Of a DNA stretch of 64,000 nt, positions 1 through 12,529 are shown piece by piece. A program made the position numbers and the translations under genes. Position 1 is the first letter of the stretch, and every line of letters begins with the position of its first letter. The DNA is from Chiloscyllium plagiosum (taxonomy: Eukaryota): assembly GCF_004010195.1 (NCBI RefSeq), contig NC_057720.1:27839473-27903472 (forward strand). Reading direction: 5' to 3'. The notes under the pieces are model-generated. The model did no database searches. It saw nothing but the letters and a program-made list of their open reading frames with translations, and had not been told where the DNA came from.

Positions 1-970
1 TCGGAAAATAGTCTATGCTTCTATTCTTCCTACCAAATGCATAACCTTACATTTTCCCAAATTGTATTCCACCTGCGACTTCTTTGAAAACTTTCCCAAC
101 CTGTCCAAGTTTCTCTGTAGTGTTCCCACTTCCTCAACATTACCTGTCCCTCCACCTCTCTGTGTCATCTGCAAACTTAGTGACAATGCCCTCAGATCCT
201 TTGTCCAGGTTGTTAATGTATAATGTGAATAGTTGTGATCCCAACACTGACTTCTGTCAACTCCAGTCGTCACAAACTGCCACCCCGAAAAAGACCCCTT
301 TTATCCCCACTCTTGGCTTCTGCCGGTAAGCCAATCCTCAACCCATGCCACTACCTTGTTCTTAACACCATGGGTTCTCTTCTCTTGTCAAAGGCCTTCT
401 GGAATTCCAAATAGATCACGTCCACTGTCTCTCCTTTGCCAAACTTGTTACCTCCTCCGATGAATTCTAACAAATTTGTCAGACAAGACCTTCCCTTGAC
501 AAAGCCATGCTGTCTCAGCTCTATTTTACCATATATTCTAAGTACTCTGTAATCACATCCTTAATAATTTACTCTAAAATCTTACCAATGACTGAGGTCA
601 GGCTAACTGGCCTATAATGTCCTGTCTTCTGCCTCCCTCCCTATTTAAATAGGTGTTACATCAGCCAATTTCCAGTTCTAGGACTCTCCCTGACCTCAGT
701 GATTCCTGAAAAATCACCACCAATGCCTGTACAATCTCCGCAACTATCTCTTTCAGAACTCTGGAGTGTAGTCCTTTTGGTTATCCACCTTCAAACAATT
801 CAGCTTCCCAGCACCTTCCCCTTAGTGATGGACGCTACATTCTGGTATGCTGCTGCTGTCTTCCAGTGTGAAAACTGATGCAAAGTACCTATTCGGTTCC
901 TCCACCATTTCCTTGTTTCCCATTACTACTTCTCCAGCCTACTTTTCCAGCGGCCCAATGTCCACGGTTG
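1..970 (-). mobile_element. CR1-clade LINE, decayed ORF2 (RT) fragment, runs off the window start
   Basis: Minus-strand ORF 13-273 gives LQRNLDRLGKFSKKSQVEYNLGKCKVMH, the CR1 RT C-terminal motif. Upstream sequence encodes degenerate YRPVSLT, QHGFVKGRSCLTNL and FQKAFD motifs. Confidence 0.85.
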
Positions 971-1689
971 TTGTAGAGTTGGGGTACACGCTAGCCAATG
1001 AGGTTGCAGATTGTTTGAGTACAGTTTTGCTGCTGCTGATGGCTCAACACTTCATGATGCCCAGTCTTGAGTAGTTACATCTGTTCAAAGTCAATCCCAT
1101 TTTGTATAATGCCACATAACACAATGGAAGATATTCATAATGTGAAGATGATTTTGTCTCCACAAGCACTGTGCAAGTGGTCACTCTTACAGACACTCAT
1201 GGTCAGATGATCTTGCAGCAGGCATATTCATGAGAATAATGTCAAATATATTTTTCCCTCTTATTGGCTCCCACACTAGTAGCAGTGTCCTTTAGGACGT
1301 GACTAGCTTAGTCAGTAGCTGTGCCAATGAGCGACTTTTGATGGTGGAAATAGAAATCCCATAGTACACTCAGGGCCTCCTCCAAGTTATGATCAAAATG
1401 TAGATGTACTGATTCATCAGCTGAGAGTAGGAGTACAGGATAATCAGCAGGTCTCCTTATTCATATTTGGCCTGATGCTATGAGACCTCATGGGTTCCAA
1501 AGGCAATGTTGAGGACTCCTAGGCCATATCAATCCTGACTGTATGCCTCCACCTCACAGGACATTGCCAAGAATAATGCTCTTCCTACTGTCTCATGTAT
1601 AACAAATGTAATAGCATTGCCTACATCCTGATGAAGTTTTGGCCTGGTAAGATGTCTGATTTATTGATGCTTGAGTTTTTCATATTCTT

Positions 1690-2538
1690 GCATGTCTTCC
1701 CAGATGAGTATGCCACCACCGTCATGGACTTCATTCGCAAGTGTGTACAGGACTGCATACTAAAGAAGTCAATCAGTGTGTTCCCCAACTTGAAACCATG
1801 GATGAACCGGAAAATCCACTGCCTACTGAAGACCAGGCATGCCGCATTTAAGTCAGATGACCCAGACCTTTACAGGAAATTCAGATACGACCTCTGCAAG
1901 GCTTTTAGAGATGCCAAGAGGCAGTACCAGACAAGTTAGAAGCCCAAACTAATCTCACAGACAACGGTTGACTGTGGAAAGGCCGAGACAACATAATGGG
2001 ATATAAAATGAAGCAAAACAAAATAGCAGACAAAAACACATTCTTCCCTGATGCACTCAATGCTTTTTATTCTCCGTTCAAGCAGAATGCTAGTGATGCT
2101 GTGTCCACCTGCCTCAATAGCCTCAGACGTATTATTTCCTGCATCACCGCTGCAGACTTCAGATTGGCTTCTTGAGAGTGAACCCAAGGAAAGCGACTGG
2201 CCCAGGCAGAGTACCCAGCTGTGCACTCAGATCATTGTAGACTAGCTGGTGGAAGTATTCACTGACATCTTCAACCTCTCCTTGCTACAATCTGAAGTTG
2301 CTACCTGCTTTGAAGAAGATCTCCATCATCCCAGTACCAAAGAATGCTTGGTATCCCTCAATGTCAGCAAAACTAAAGAACTGATACTGACTTAAAGAAA
2401 AAAGGAGGAGGCCATGCCCCAATCTACATGAACGGAGCTGAGGTAGAGAGGGTCAAGGGTGTAAAGTTCCTAGGAGTGATGATCACCAACAATCTATCCT
2501 GGACCTCCCACGTAGATGTAATGGTCAAGAAGGTACAG
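1690..2538 (+). mobile_element. Rex1/Babar-like LINE fragment, 5' part (split by a solo LTR)
   Basis: ORFs give FPNLKPWMN...YDLCKAFRDAKRQY and NGAEVERVKGVKFLGVMITNNLSWTSH...VKKVQ. The reading resumes at 11956 as QR(L)FFLRRL. Confidence 0.75.
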
Positions 2539-2628
2539 TGTTATGGACCAGGCCAGACCTCCTCAAAACATTTCAAGAAATTAGTACATATCCTAACTTT
2601 GCTAGTTGTTTTAAGGTGTATAGTGGAT

Positions 2629-5600
2629 GGAGATCCGAGATGGCGGCAGTCTGAGTTGTCTGCTGCACTGGGCTGTGTGCCATATCCCCCTGGCAAGGTG
2701 GACATTTACCCTCTTGTTAACCATCCTCGGAGAAAAAAAATTGCTCATATAAATTTACTGAACATCTGGAACTGCTAAAATTTGGTTTGACAGCTTTAAG
2801 ATCAGGATGAAAGCAAATAAAGGAAAGTGGCCGAAAGGAGTGCAGTGGGCAGGGCACTCCCCAACTGCATCAGGGGTGCCTGTAGCTATTGCTCAAACTC
2901 CCGGGGCAGCTCCTTTTGGATTTAATGGGGCAGCAGCAGTTACTGAGTTTGGCAAACTCAGAGAAAAGACTGAAGCAGCGGTGGAACTACTATCTGCCAT
3001 GCTAAAAAGCATGAGCAGGAAATTCAATTGTTGGACCGAAGACTAGAGGCAGTGGAGGAGAGGACCGTGGCAGAGGTTTCGGGAGGAAGGATCCGAATGC
3101 TGGAAGACCAGGTTTGGGTCCTTCAGGAGCAAGTGTACGACCTAGAAAACACAAGTAGAAGAAAAAACGTATAGCTTGTGGGCCTGCCGGAATGCGAGGA
3201 AGATGAAGACCTCATTTGGTTTTCTGGAGAAGTGGCTCCTGAAGTTCCTGGGCCAGGAGATGGAGTCGGGCCTATTGAGTGTGGAGCGGGCCCACCAGAT
3301 CACAATGCGCAGGTCCGGTTTGGACCCACGCACCCCGTGTGGTCCTAGTGCGACTCCTGCATAATAAAAGAAAACCATTCGTGATTGCAGCAAGAAGATT
3401 GGGAAGAGATCCACAGGCTTTAATGCAAAAGGCTCAATAATAATGCTTTTTTTTAGGACTTCTCAGGAGCGATAATTCAGAAGAGATGGGCATTTGATGA
3501 AGTTAAGAGAGAATTAAGGGATCTGAATATTCAGTATTCCTTGAGGTAGCCGGCCTTGAGGTGCTTGGTATATGGAGAGTCGGTTTATAATTCTGATTCT
3601 GCAGAAAAGGCGAAGGACTTTGAATTCTCTGAATTAAAGGACTAGGGTCGGGGGAGGGGCATCGTTACAGACAACTGTATCCTTTTTATTTTATTTGCCC
3701 CTTTTCTCCTTTTTTTTTTGTGGTTATCAGCTTTATACATACTGTCTTGATGTAAAACCGGAACGATTTAGTATATCGGCTGGTTGGGTATTATCTGGGG
3801 CCATTTTACTGCTGTCCTTTTTTTGGATTGTGGATGCCTATACTTGTGGAGAGGGGCGTGGGGGCAGGGTGGCGAGTGAATGGGCATTCATTGTTAACTC
3901 AGAATGTAAATAACATGTTTTCATCTGTGAATTGCCTCAGGCTCAGGCACAGCCATAGCTGGAAAGAGCCAGGATGATAGCAAGGATTGGGAGGAATGTC
4001 CCTTATGGGAAAGGGGGGGGGCGGAGATCTCTAGTGAATTGAGGGCTATTTGGGTGTTTGCTTAAGTTAAATGTAGTGGTTAGTTTTTTTTTAGTTATAG
4101 TTTTTATAGAAGTAGTTTTATAGAGTTAATGTCTTTGAGGTGCGGTGAGCAACAGATAAGCTTCCTCTTGGGAAACCATAGGCTGCCCTGGATGATCATG
4201 GCTAGTAATTTGTTCAGGTGGTGCACCTGGAATGGAAAAGGGAGCCATTCCCTGATTTAATAGAAAGAAGATGCTGTCAAGCCTTAGGAAGGAAATGGTG
4301 GATGTTGCCCTGCTGCAAGAGACGCATTTAACTGATAAGGAACATCTGAAGCTGGGGGTTGGGGGGGGGGGGGGGGGAATTATGACAGGGTATTCTTCTC
4401 CTCCGTTAGCTCCAAGAGTAGAGGAGTGGCTATACTGGTAAGAAGGAACCTTCCTTTCCAGGTAACTGAGCAAATTAAGAACTAACATGGATGGTTCATC
4501 AGTCTTAAAGCTCTAATACATGGAGGAGAGTTGGGCATCCTGAATGTGTATTGTCCCCCGGTGCGCCCTCTTAAATCTCTAATTGATGCAGTTGCTAAAT
4601 TAATGAGTCTTGGGTGCACTGCACGATTATCGGACGGGATTTTAATCGCTAAAAAGATCCCAAGGTAGACAGGGTGCCAAGGGGCCCGGCAAGTACGCCC
4701 ATGCAAACTAAGCAGTTGATGAACACGTGTGAGAAGTTGGGATTAGTGGATTTGTAGAGGCACCCCCACCCTAATGGAAGAGGCTTTACTTTCTATTCCG
4801 ACCCACACAAGTGCCACACGCAAATTGACTTTTTCTTTATGCCATTGATTGTTTGGACAGAACATTGGCATGCAACATTGGGAATTTAGCTGTCTTGGAC
4901 AATGTGCCAGTATATTTAGATGTTAAAATCAAAGGTGGTGGAATGGATGCACGCCACTGGCGCATAGACCCATTCCTGTTAAGGGATAGCAAATTCGTTG
5001 AGTACATCACAAGAGTTCAGGGCCTTGGGTACGGCCAGTAATCCGGCAATACTTTGGGAGGCCACTAAGGCCTATTTACGAGGCCTGATTATTTTGTGTT
5101 CAATGACTAGAAGGAGGCAGAGGGAGGAGCAACAACGGATGCTGGAGACGCAACTGCAGATAGCTGAGGAAGTTTATTATAATAGGGCTTCATTGGTCAA
5201 GCTGCAGTGGGTCACGGCTCTCCGGGCTTCTCTCAAGTGGCAAAAAGAAAGAGGTCTCCTTTGCTAAACAAAGTTTGTTTATTTGAATTTGGAGATAAAC
5301 CAGGTAGATAACTGGCTAGAAAGAAAAATGCTTCCCAATCTATTATGTCTGTTAGAGAGAAGGCTGGCACGGTTACCCATGAGTAGAAGATGATCAATGT
5401 TAGATTTTGGGAATACTTTGCAGAGCTATATCAGTTGGAGGAGACTAACACGGTGCAGTGAGAATGCAGTCCTTTTTTTTGAGAACCTGGACCTCCCCAG
5501 TATAAATGTGGAACAGGTTTACCTGTTGAATGCGCCTTTGATGATGCAGGAAGCAATGAAGCATCTCCAGGGTGGTAAAGCACTGGGGCCAGATGGATTC

Positions 5601-8600
5601 CCAAGTGAATTCTATAAGGAATTCATAAATGTGTTGGTGGACCCACTTCTGGGGATGTATAACTATTCATACACACGGGATTGTCTGCCACTCTCTTAGA
5701 GAGGCTAATATCTCCCTCAGTTTAAAGAAGGGGAAAGACCCCCAAAGAATTGTGCTTCATACAGACCAATTTCATTGCTGAATGTAGATTTTAAAATTCT
5801 ATCCAAGACGCTGACCCTGAGGTTGGAAAAGGTGTTGTCCCATATTATAAAAGAAGATCAGATGGGTTTTGTCAAGGGCCATAGCTCCTCCAACGATATC
5901 CGGAGGGTACTGAACGTAGTGCAGGTATGCCAGCAAAGATTGATCCTGGGTTTGGTGGCCTCCCTTGAAGCAGGAAAAGCGTTTGACTGGATACAATGGC
6001 TGTACCTGTTTTGGGATCCTAGAGCGCTTTGGTCTGGGGGGAGCCTTTGCTAGATGAGTGGTGTTGTATAATGATCCTAAGGCAGCAGCTATCACAAACA
6101 GCACTAAGCCAGATAACTTTAATATTGGAGAGGTAGTTGACAGGAGTGTTCCCTTTCACTGCGGTTATTTACCTTGGCAATTGAGCCATTAGATGAGGCT
6201 ATCAAGAGTGACCCTGAAATAGTGCCAGGGGTAGGAACGGGGGAACGTAATATATGCTGATGATGTCCTTTTGCTCTTGACCAATCAAGAGGGATCCATA
6301 CCTTGATTGATTCAAACAATTAATTTATTTGGCAGCTTTTCAGGCTATAGGATCAACTTTACAAAATCTGAAGCTGTGCCGGTGGGGGATTAGTGGAAGT
6401 GCTTGATCTGAAGAATGGAATGCAGCTCCCGTTTAGATGGTCGTCAAAAGGTTATTTTTTGTCTTTGGGAATTTTTATTACCCCTGCCTTCCACTTACTG
6501 TATAAAGCTAACTATGTACAACTATTGGAGAAGGTAAACAGGATTTGTAGCGGTTGGAGGGATTACCGTTATCATGGTTCGGCCGAATAGTCCTGATTAA
6601 AATGAATATTCTTCCTCGCCTGTTGTACCCCATGAGAATGCTCCTGTTGCTACCCAGGTGAGTATTACAGAGACTCAGTGGTTGACTTGGATCCTTGATT
6701 TGGTGTCACAGATGCCCCCTAATTAAATTTACTAAATTGCAGCTCTCGCAGGGTGTGTTGGGGGGTGGGGGTGGGGTAGCCTTCTGGACTTGAAGAGATA
6801 TCTAATAAGCACTTTATTAGCATATATGGGTGACTGGGTACAGGGGATTCAGACTCTATTTTGTTTGATGTTGAAGTCGAGATGTCCCCCAGTTAATCTA
6901 TTATTCATGGATAAGGTGAAATCCGTGACTGAGCAGTGTAAGAGTCCAATCATTTTAAAAACGGTGAAAGCCTGGAGGATAATGAGGCAAGATGAGGTCA
7001 ATTGGTTTCAAACCTCTCTGTTTACCCTGTTGATAGAGCCCAAGGATTTAGACCTGGGGCAATGGACACTGGCTTTAAGGCCTGGGAGAATAAGGGAATC
7101 TCTTGTTTGGGAGATTTATTCGATGGGGAGGTCTTGATGTCATTTAGCCAGCTACATCAGAAAAATGATTGCGTTTGAGGGACCTTTTTCCAGTACTTTC
7201 AGATAAGGGATTGTATACCTGCGATGCAGTTCCAGTGCACAGGAGGATGAGAGTAAGGAGGACAGGGACAGGATTTCGTGGTCACAGGAATGTGCTGGCA
7301 GACAGCAAGCTGGTTTGAAGTATCTGAAATAAGGTAGGTGAGCTTGCAATATGGATAGGTATCTGGGACTTTGATGTTGTGGCCATTTTGGAAGCATGGA
7401 TAGAGCAGGGTGAGGAATGGATGTTGCAGATTCCAGGGTTCAGATCTTTCATTAAGAACAGGCAAGGCAGTAAAAGAGGGGGAGGTGTGGCCTTGTTAGT
7501 TAAGGATAGTATAACGGTGGCTGAAAGAACTTTTTTTGACAAGGACTTGTCTACTGAGGTAGTATGGGCTGAGGTCAGAAACAGGAGAGGAGAGGTCACC
7601 CTGCTTGGAGTTTTTACAGGCCTCCGCAGAGTTCCAGAGAGGATCGGCAAAATGATTCTGGGTAGGAGTGAAAGGAAAAGGTGGTCATTATGGGGTACTT
7701 TAACGTCCCCAACATTGATTGGAAATGCTATAACTCTAGTACATCAGATGGATACGTTTTTGTCCAATGTGTACAGGAGGGTTTCCTGACACAGTATGTC
7801 AAGGGGCTGACAAGATGGGAAGCCACACTGGATTTGGTGCTTGGTAATGAACCAGGCCAGATGTTTGATTTAATTGTAGGTGAGCACTTTGGAGAGAGTG
7901 ACCATAATTCAATTACGTTTAGTTTAGCATTGGAAAGGGATAGGTACATGCCACAGATCAAGAGTTATCAATGGGGCAAGGGCAATTATAATGTGATTAG
8001 GCAAGAATTAGGATGCATAGAATGGGGTAGCAAAATGCAGCGGATGGGGCCAATGGAAATGTGGAGCTGGTTTAAGGAACAGATATTGCGTGTCCTTGAT
8101 AGGTATGTCCCTGTCAGGCAGGGAGGAAGTGATAAAGTAAGAACCGTGGTTTACTACAGCAATTGCATCTCTTGTTAAGTGGAAGAAGGAGGCTTGTGTT
8201 GATGAGACAAGATGGTTCAGATGAGGCGATGGAGAGTTACAGATTAGCTAGGAAGGATTTAAAGAGAGAGTTAAGAAGAGCAAAGAGAGGACATGAGCAG
8301 TTTTTAGCAGGTAGAATAAAGGAGAACGCTAAAGTTTTCTATCGGTATGTGAGGAACAAAAGGATGACTGGTCGGAATAGGGCCAGTCAAAAACAGAAGT
8401 GGGACATTGAGTGTGGACCCTGTGGGGATCGGAGAGGTGCTAAACAAACCTTTCTCATCAGTTTTCACTCAGGAAAAGAAGAATATTGTAGAGAAGAAGA
8501 ATGAGATATTAAACTAGAAAGGATCGAGGTTAGTAAGGAAGAGGTATTATCAATTTTAGAAGGAGTGAAAGTAGACAAGTCCCCTGGGCTGGATGGGATT

Positions 8601-11189
8601 TATCCGAGGATTCTCTGGGAAGCTAGGGAGGAGGTATTGGAGCCTTTGGCTTTGATCTTTTGAGTCATCGTCTGCAGGTTTAGTACTAGAGGACTGGAGG
8701 ATTGCAAATGTTGTGCCTTTGTTCAAGAAGGGAAGTAGAGATGACCCAGGTAAATATAGACCAGTGAGCATTCCTTCGTTGTAGGAAAGGTTTTGGAAAG
8801 GATTATAAGAGAGAGGATTTATAATCATCTAGCAAGTAACAGTTTGATTGCAGATAGTCAACATGATTTTGTCAAGGGCAGGTCATGTCTCAATGAGGTT
8901 TGAGTTTTTTTGAGAAGGTGACCAAGCATGTAGATGAGAATAGGGCAGTTGACATGATGTACATGGACTTCAGTAAAGCCTTTGATAAGTTTCCACGTGG
9001 TAGGCTGTTGGAGAAAATGCAGAGGCATGGGATTGAGGGTGATTTAGCAGTTTGGATTAGAAACTGGCTTTCTGAAAGAAGGCAGCGAGTGGTGGTTGAT
9101 GGAAAATGTTCAGCATGGAGTCCGGTTACTAGTGGTATGCCACAAGGATCTGTTTTGGGACCGCTGCTGTTTGTCATTTTTATAAATGACTTGGACGCAG
9201 GCGTAGGTGATGGGTTAGTAAGTTTGCAGATGACACTAAAGTCGGTGGAGTAGTGGACAGTGTGTGGAAGACTGTTTTCAGGTTGCAGGGGGACTTGGAT
9301 AAACTGCAGAATTGGGCTGAGAGGTGGCTAATGGAGTTCAATGCAGATAAATGTGAGGTGATTCACTTTGGAAAGTATAACAGGAAGTTGAGTACTAGAT
9401 CAATGGAAGGATTCTTGGTAGTGTGGATGTGCAGAGGGATCTTTGGTGTCCATGTACATAGATCCCTGAAAGTTGCCACTCAGGTTGATAGTGCTGTTAA
9501 GAAGGCATACAGTGCATTAGGTTTTATTGGTAGAGGGATGGAGTTCCAGAGCTGCAATGACATGCTGCAACTTTACAAAATGCCAGTGTGCCTGCACTTG
9601 GAATATGGTGGACAGTTCTGGTCGCCATATTTCGGAAAGGATGTGGAAGCATTGGAAAAGATGCAGAGGAGATTTACCAGAATGTTGCCTGGTCTTGAGG
9701 GAAGGTCTTATGTGGAAAGGCTGAGAGACTTGGGTCTGCTCTCATTGGAAAGAAGAAGGCTAAGAGAGGATTTGATAGAGACATTACAACATGATCAGAA
9801 GATTAGATAGGGTAGACAGTGAACGTCTTTGTCCTAGGATGATGACGTCAGCTTGTACGAGGGGGCATAGCTACAAATTGAGAGATTAAGACAGATGTCA
9901 GAGGCAGGTTCTTCACTCAGAGTGGTAAGGGCGTGGAATGCCCTGCATGCCATTGTAGTTAACTCAGCCACATTAGGGAGATTTAAACAATCCTTGGATA
10001 AGCACATGGATGATGATGGGATAGTGTAGGAGGATGAACTTAGATTAGTTCACAAGTCGGCGCAACATCGAGGTCCGAAGGGCCTGTTCTGCACTGCATT
10101 GTTCTATGTTCTCTACTGAGGAAGACCACTCTCCTGGCTCAGTTTTACAAGTCAGATGTGGATAAAAGTGTTCTTCAGTGTATGGGCATTCATTTGGTTA
10201 GTACTTTGTATAATTTACAGAAAAGACGTGCCTTAGGGGATGTGGAGGGGCTCTGTAGGACGTGGAATTGGGAGCCAGGAGAGGATATTTCACGGGAAGA
10301 CATATGGGAATATGTAGGGAAAATTTCAATATGTAACAAAGCGCAGGCCATGCAATTGAAAATTTTACACTGGGCTCATATGGCACCAGAGGGGCTAGCT
10401 AAATTCAAGAAAGGAGCGTCACCAGCGTGTCCCAAATGTAACATTAGTATAGACACTCTCACACTGTTATTGGTCATTTTGTAAAATCGAGGTACTGGAA
10501 TGCTATAGTAAGGGAGCTGAAGGACATCCTGGGGATTGAAGGTAAAGTGGACCTGGTATTTCTTCTTCTGGGTTGCCAAATTTGCCCCCTCTGGGGGAGC
10601 ACAGGAGGAGACTGTGTAACATTCTTACCCACTGTGCGAGGAAGAACATTTTAATGAAGTGGACATTGGAAAAACACCCCAGGTCTTATGGGGTGACATA
10701 AGCTGATGATGGAGCATCTCCCCAAGATTACCTCACAAATATAGTGCACCACAAAATGGTGCAGTTTTACAAGATGTGGCGGTCCTTTCTAAATTATATT
10801 GACACAGATTTATCAGCAATATTAACTAGGGCTATGGTACAGCCATGGGAATCAGTCTGGGCACCCCTGGGGCCCTGGGAGGGGGAGGCTGGGGGAAAAG
10901 AATACGCTTACAGTGACTGGTGCTCCCAGGGGTGGGAGCCTGAGTAGAGGTGTGGTGAGTAAAATAGAATAAAGTAATGTGATCTAATTTAATTTGAATT
11001 CAGTTTAATTTCTAATTTGTTTGATGTTTAAGCTAAGTAGATACATGTGTTCTTGTGGAATAGTAGGCAGTTCATTATTAATAGTATTGTTGTACTGCCT
11101 CTATCTTATTTTGGTATTGTTCTTTTTTGTATATAAATGTTCTGTAAAAGATTTGAAAATTTCTAATAAAAATATTTATAAAAATAAAT
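2629..11189 (+). mobile_element. Full-length but decayed L1-clade LINE (ORF1, ORF2 APE-RT-Cys domain, polyA signal), interrupted by a CR1
   Basis: ORF1 remnants at 2807-3640 (SRRKN..LVGLPE, LEKWL, VERAH). APE from ~4190 (VALLQETHL, LNVYCP). RT at 5500-6600 (GPDGFPSEFYK, YRPISLLNVDFKILSK, DQMGFVKG, YADD). CPKC motif at ~10430. AATAAA and A-rich tail at 11165-11188. TSD gtgta(t/a)agtggat at 2616-2628 and 11190-11202. Confidence 0.88.
7220..10114 (+). mobile_element. CR1/HER1-like LINE, ORF2 (APE+RT) with frameshifts, inserted into L1 ORF2
   Basis: [64 protein letters not shown] and RRFTRMLPGL motifs, plus a (gttctat)-type 3' tail. The L1 reading FQIRDCI / LRKTTLL resumes across it. Confidence 0.92.
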
Positions 11190-11264
11190 GTGTAAAGTGG
11201 ATATTCCAGGAGAGAGACAGCTGATCAAACCACTTAGTTTTAAACAAAACAGTATTTATTTACA

Positions 11265-11482
11265 GATAAAGTGAGGGCTGTAGATGCTGGAGATCAGAGC
11301 TGAAAATGTGTTGCTGGAAAAGCGCAGCAGGTCAGGCAGCATCCAAGGAACAGGAGAATCGATGTTTCGGGCATAAGCCCTTCTTCCTCTTTCCTGAAGA
11401 AGGGCTTATGCCCAAAACATCGATTCTCCTGTTCCTTGGATGCTGCCTGACCTGTTGCGCTTTTCCAGCAACACATTTTCAG
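11265..11482. mobile_element. PLE-derived asymmetric hairpin element, copy 1
   Basis: Inverted arms around cccttcttc/cctgaagaaggg. Exact 15-bp TSD cagtatttatttaca at 11250-11264 and 11483-11497. Confidence 0.85.
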
Positions 11483-11955
11483 CAGTATTTATTTACAAAA
11501 GAGAAAGAATACTGAATAAATTAACCTATCCAAAAACCCAACAGATTATCCTAATGTAATGATGCTGTTCCAAACATTTGCAACAATCCCCATAAACACC
11601 CCTTGGCACAAAGAGTAAATTCAAACACAAGGTCTTACAGGACCAAGAGAGAGAGAGGTGGCAGCATGGAACACTCTCTTCCATGTAGCTGTTTCTTGGA
11701 GCAGCAGCCTCAAATGGCCTGAATGCTTTCTGTGAACAGCCAGACTGCTAAAAACCAAACCAAACTAGAGTGAAGCTGAACTGGGAGAATTGACCATTCC
11801 CCTTTTCATTGTACAAAGTGTTTTTTTTAAAAAAAAACCCGAAAGCATTCTCAAGTCAACCAACACCAGACATTTCAGAGTCTGTGATTAAAACCTCCTG
11901 GGGGAAAAAAACTAAGGACAATCTAACTTAGTAAGGAACGGCATCATCCCAACAG

Positions 11956-12515
11956 CAACGCTTCTTCCTCAGGAGACTTAGAAAATTTGGCATGTCCATA
12001 AGGAGCCTCACCTACTTTTATACATGCACCTTAAAGCATTCTATATGGGTGCATAGTGGCTTAGTACAACAACCGCTGTGCCCAAGACCATAATAAACTG
12101 CAGAAAGTTATATGTATGGCTCCCAAACCATCACACAAGCCAACCTCCCATTCATGCACTCCATCTACACTTCTCATTGCCATGGAATGTCAGTCAACAT
12201 TATCAAAGACCCCTCCCAGCCCGGCAATGTTGTCTTCCAACTTCTTCCATCAGGCAGAATATATAGACCATATCAATAGTTTCAAGAACTGCTTCTTCCC
12301 TGCTGTTGTTCGACTGCTGAACGGACCTCTCTCTAGTTTCAAATTGAATGTTGATCTTGCTTTTGTACACTTGTACAGTCAAAGCCTTGTATGCCTCGCT
12401 CTATCTAAACAACTATGATGAGTATGTCCTTGTATGTAATGATCTGCCTGTACTGCATGCATAACATAACTTTTCACTGTATGTAGATACATGTGACAAC
12501 AATAAATCAAACATC
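11956..12515 (+). mobile_element. Rex1/Babar-like LINE, 3' part
   Basis: Continues the 1690-2538 fragment (FFLRRLRKFGM...FKNCFFPAVVRLLN) and ends acaataaatcaaacatca. Confidence 0.75.
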
Positions 12516-12529
12516 AGAGGAATTTCATT

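Larger units (their letters stand above)
2539..11951. mobile_element. Solo LTR (~0.6 kb of own sequence: 2539-2628 plus 11203-11951), interrupted by an L1 and a PLE hairpin
   Basis: Starts TG (tgttatggaccag) and ends CA (catcatccca). Flanked by a 4-bp ACAG duplication (2535-2538, 11952-11955) that restores the Rex1 reading. A related LTR-like sequence starts at ~52575 (tgtaatggaccagac). Confidence 0.75.

Noticed and set aside
11294..11515. Recurrent MCCWKSAAGQAASKEQENRRFGHKPFF peptides (also at 36, 48, 57 and 62 kb)
   Set aside because: Chance frames of the palindromic PLE hairpin, appearing on both strands. Not a gene family.
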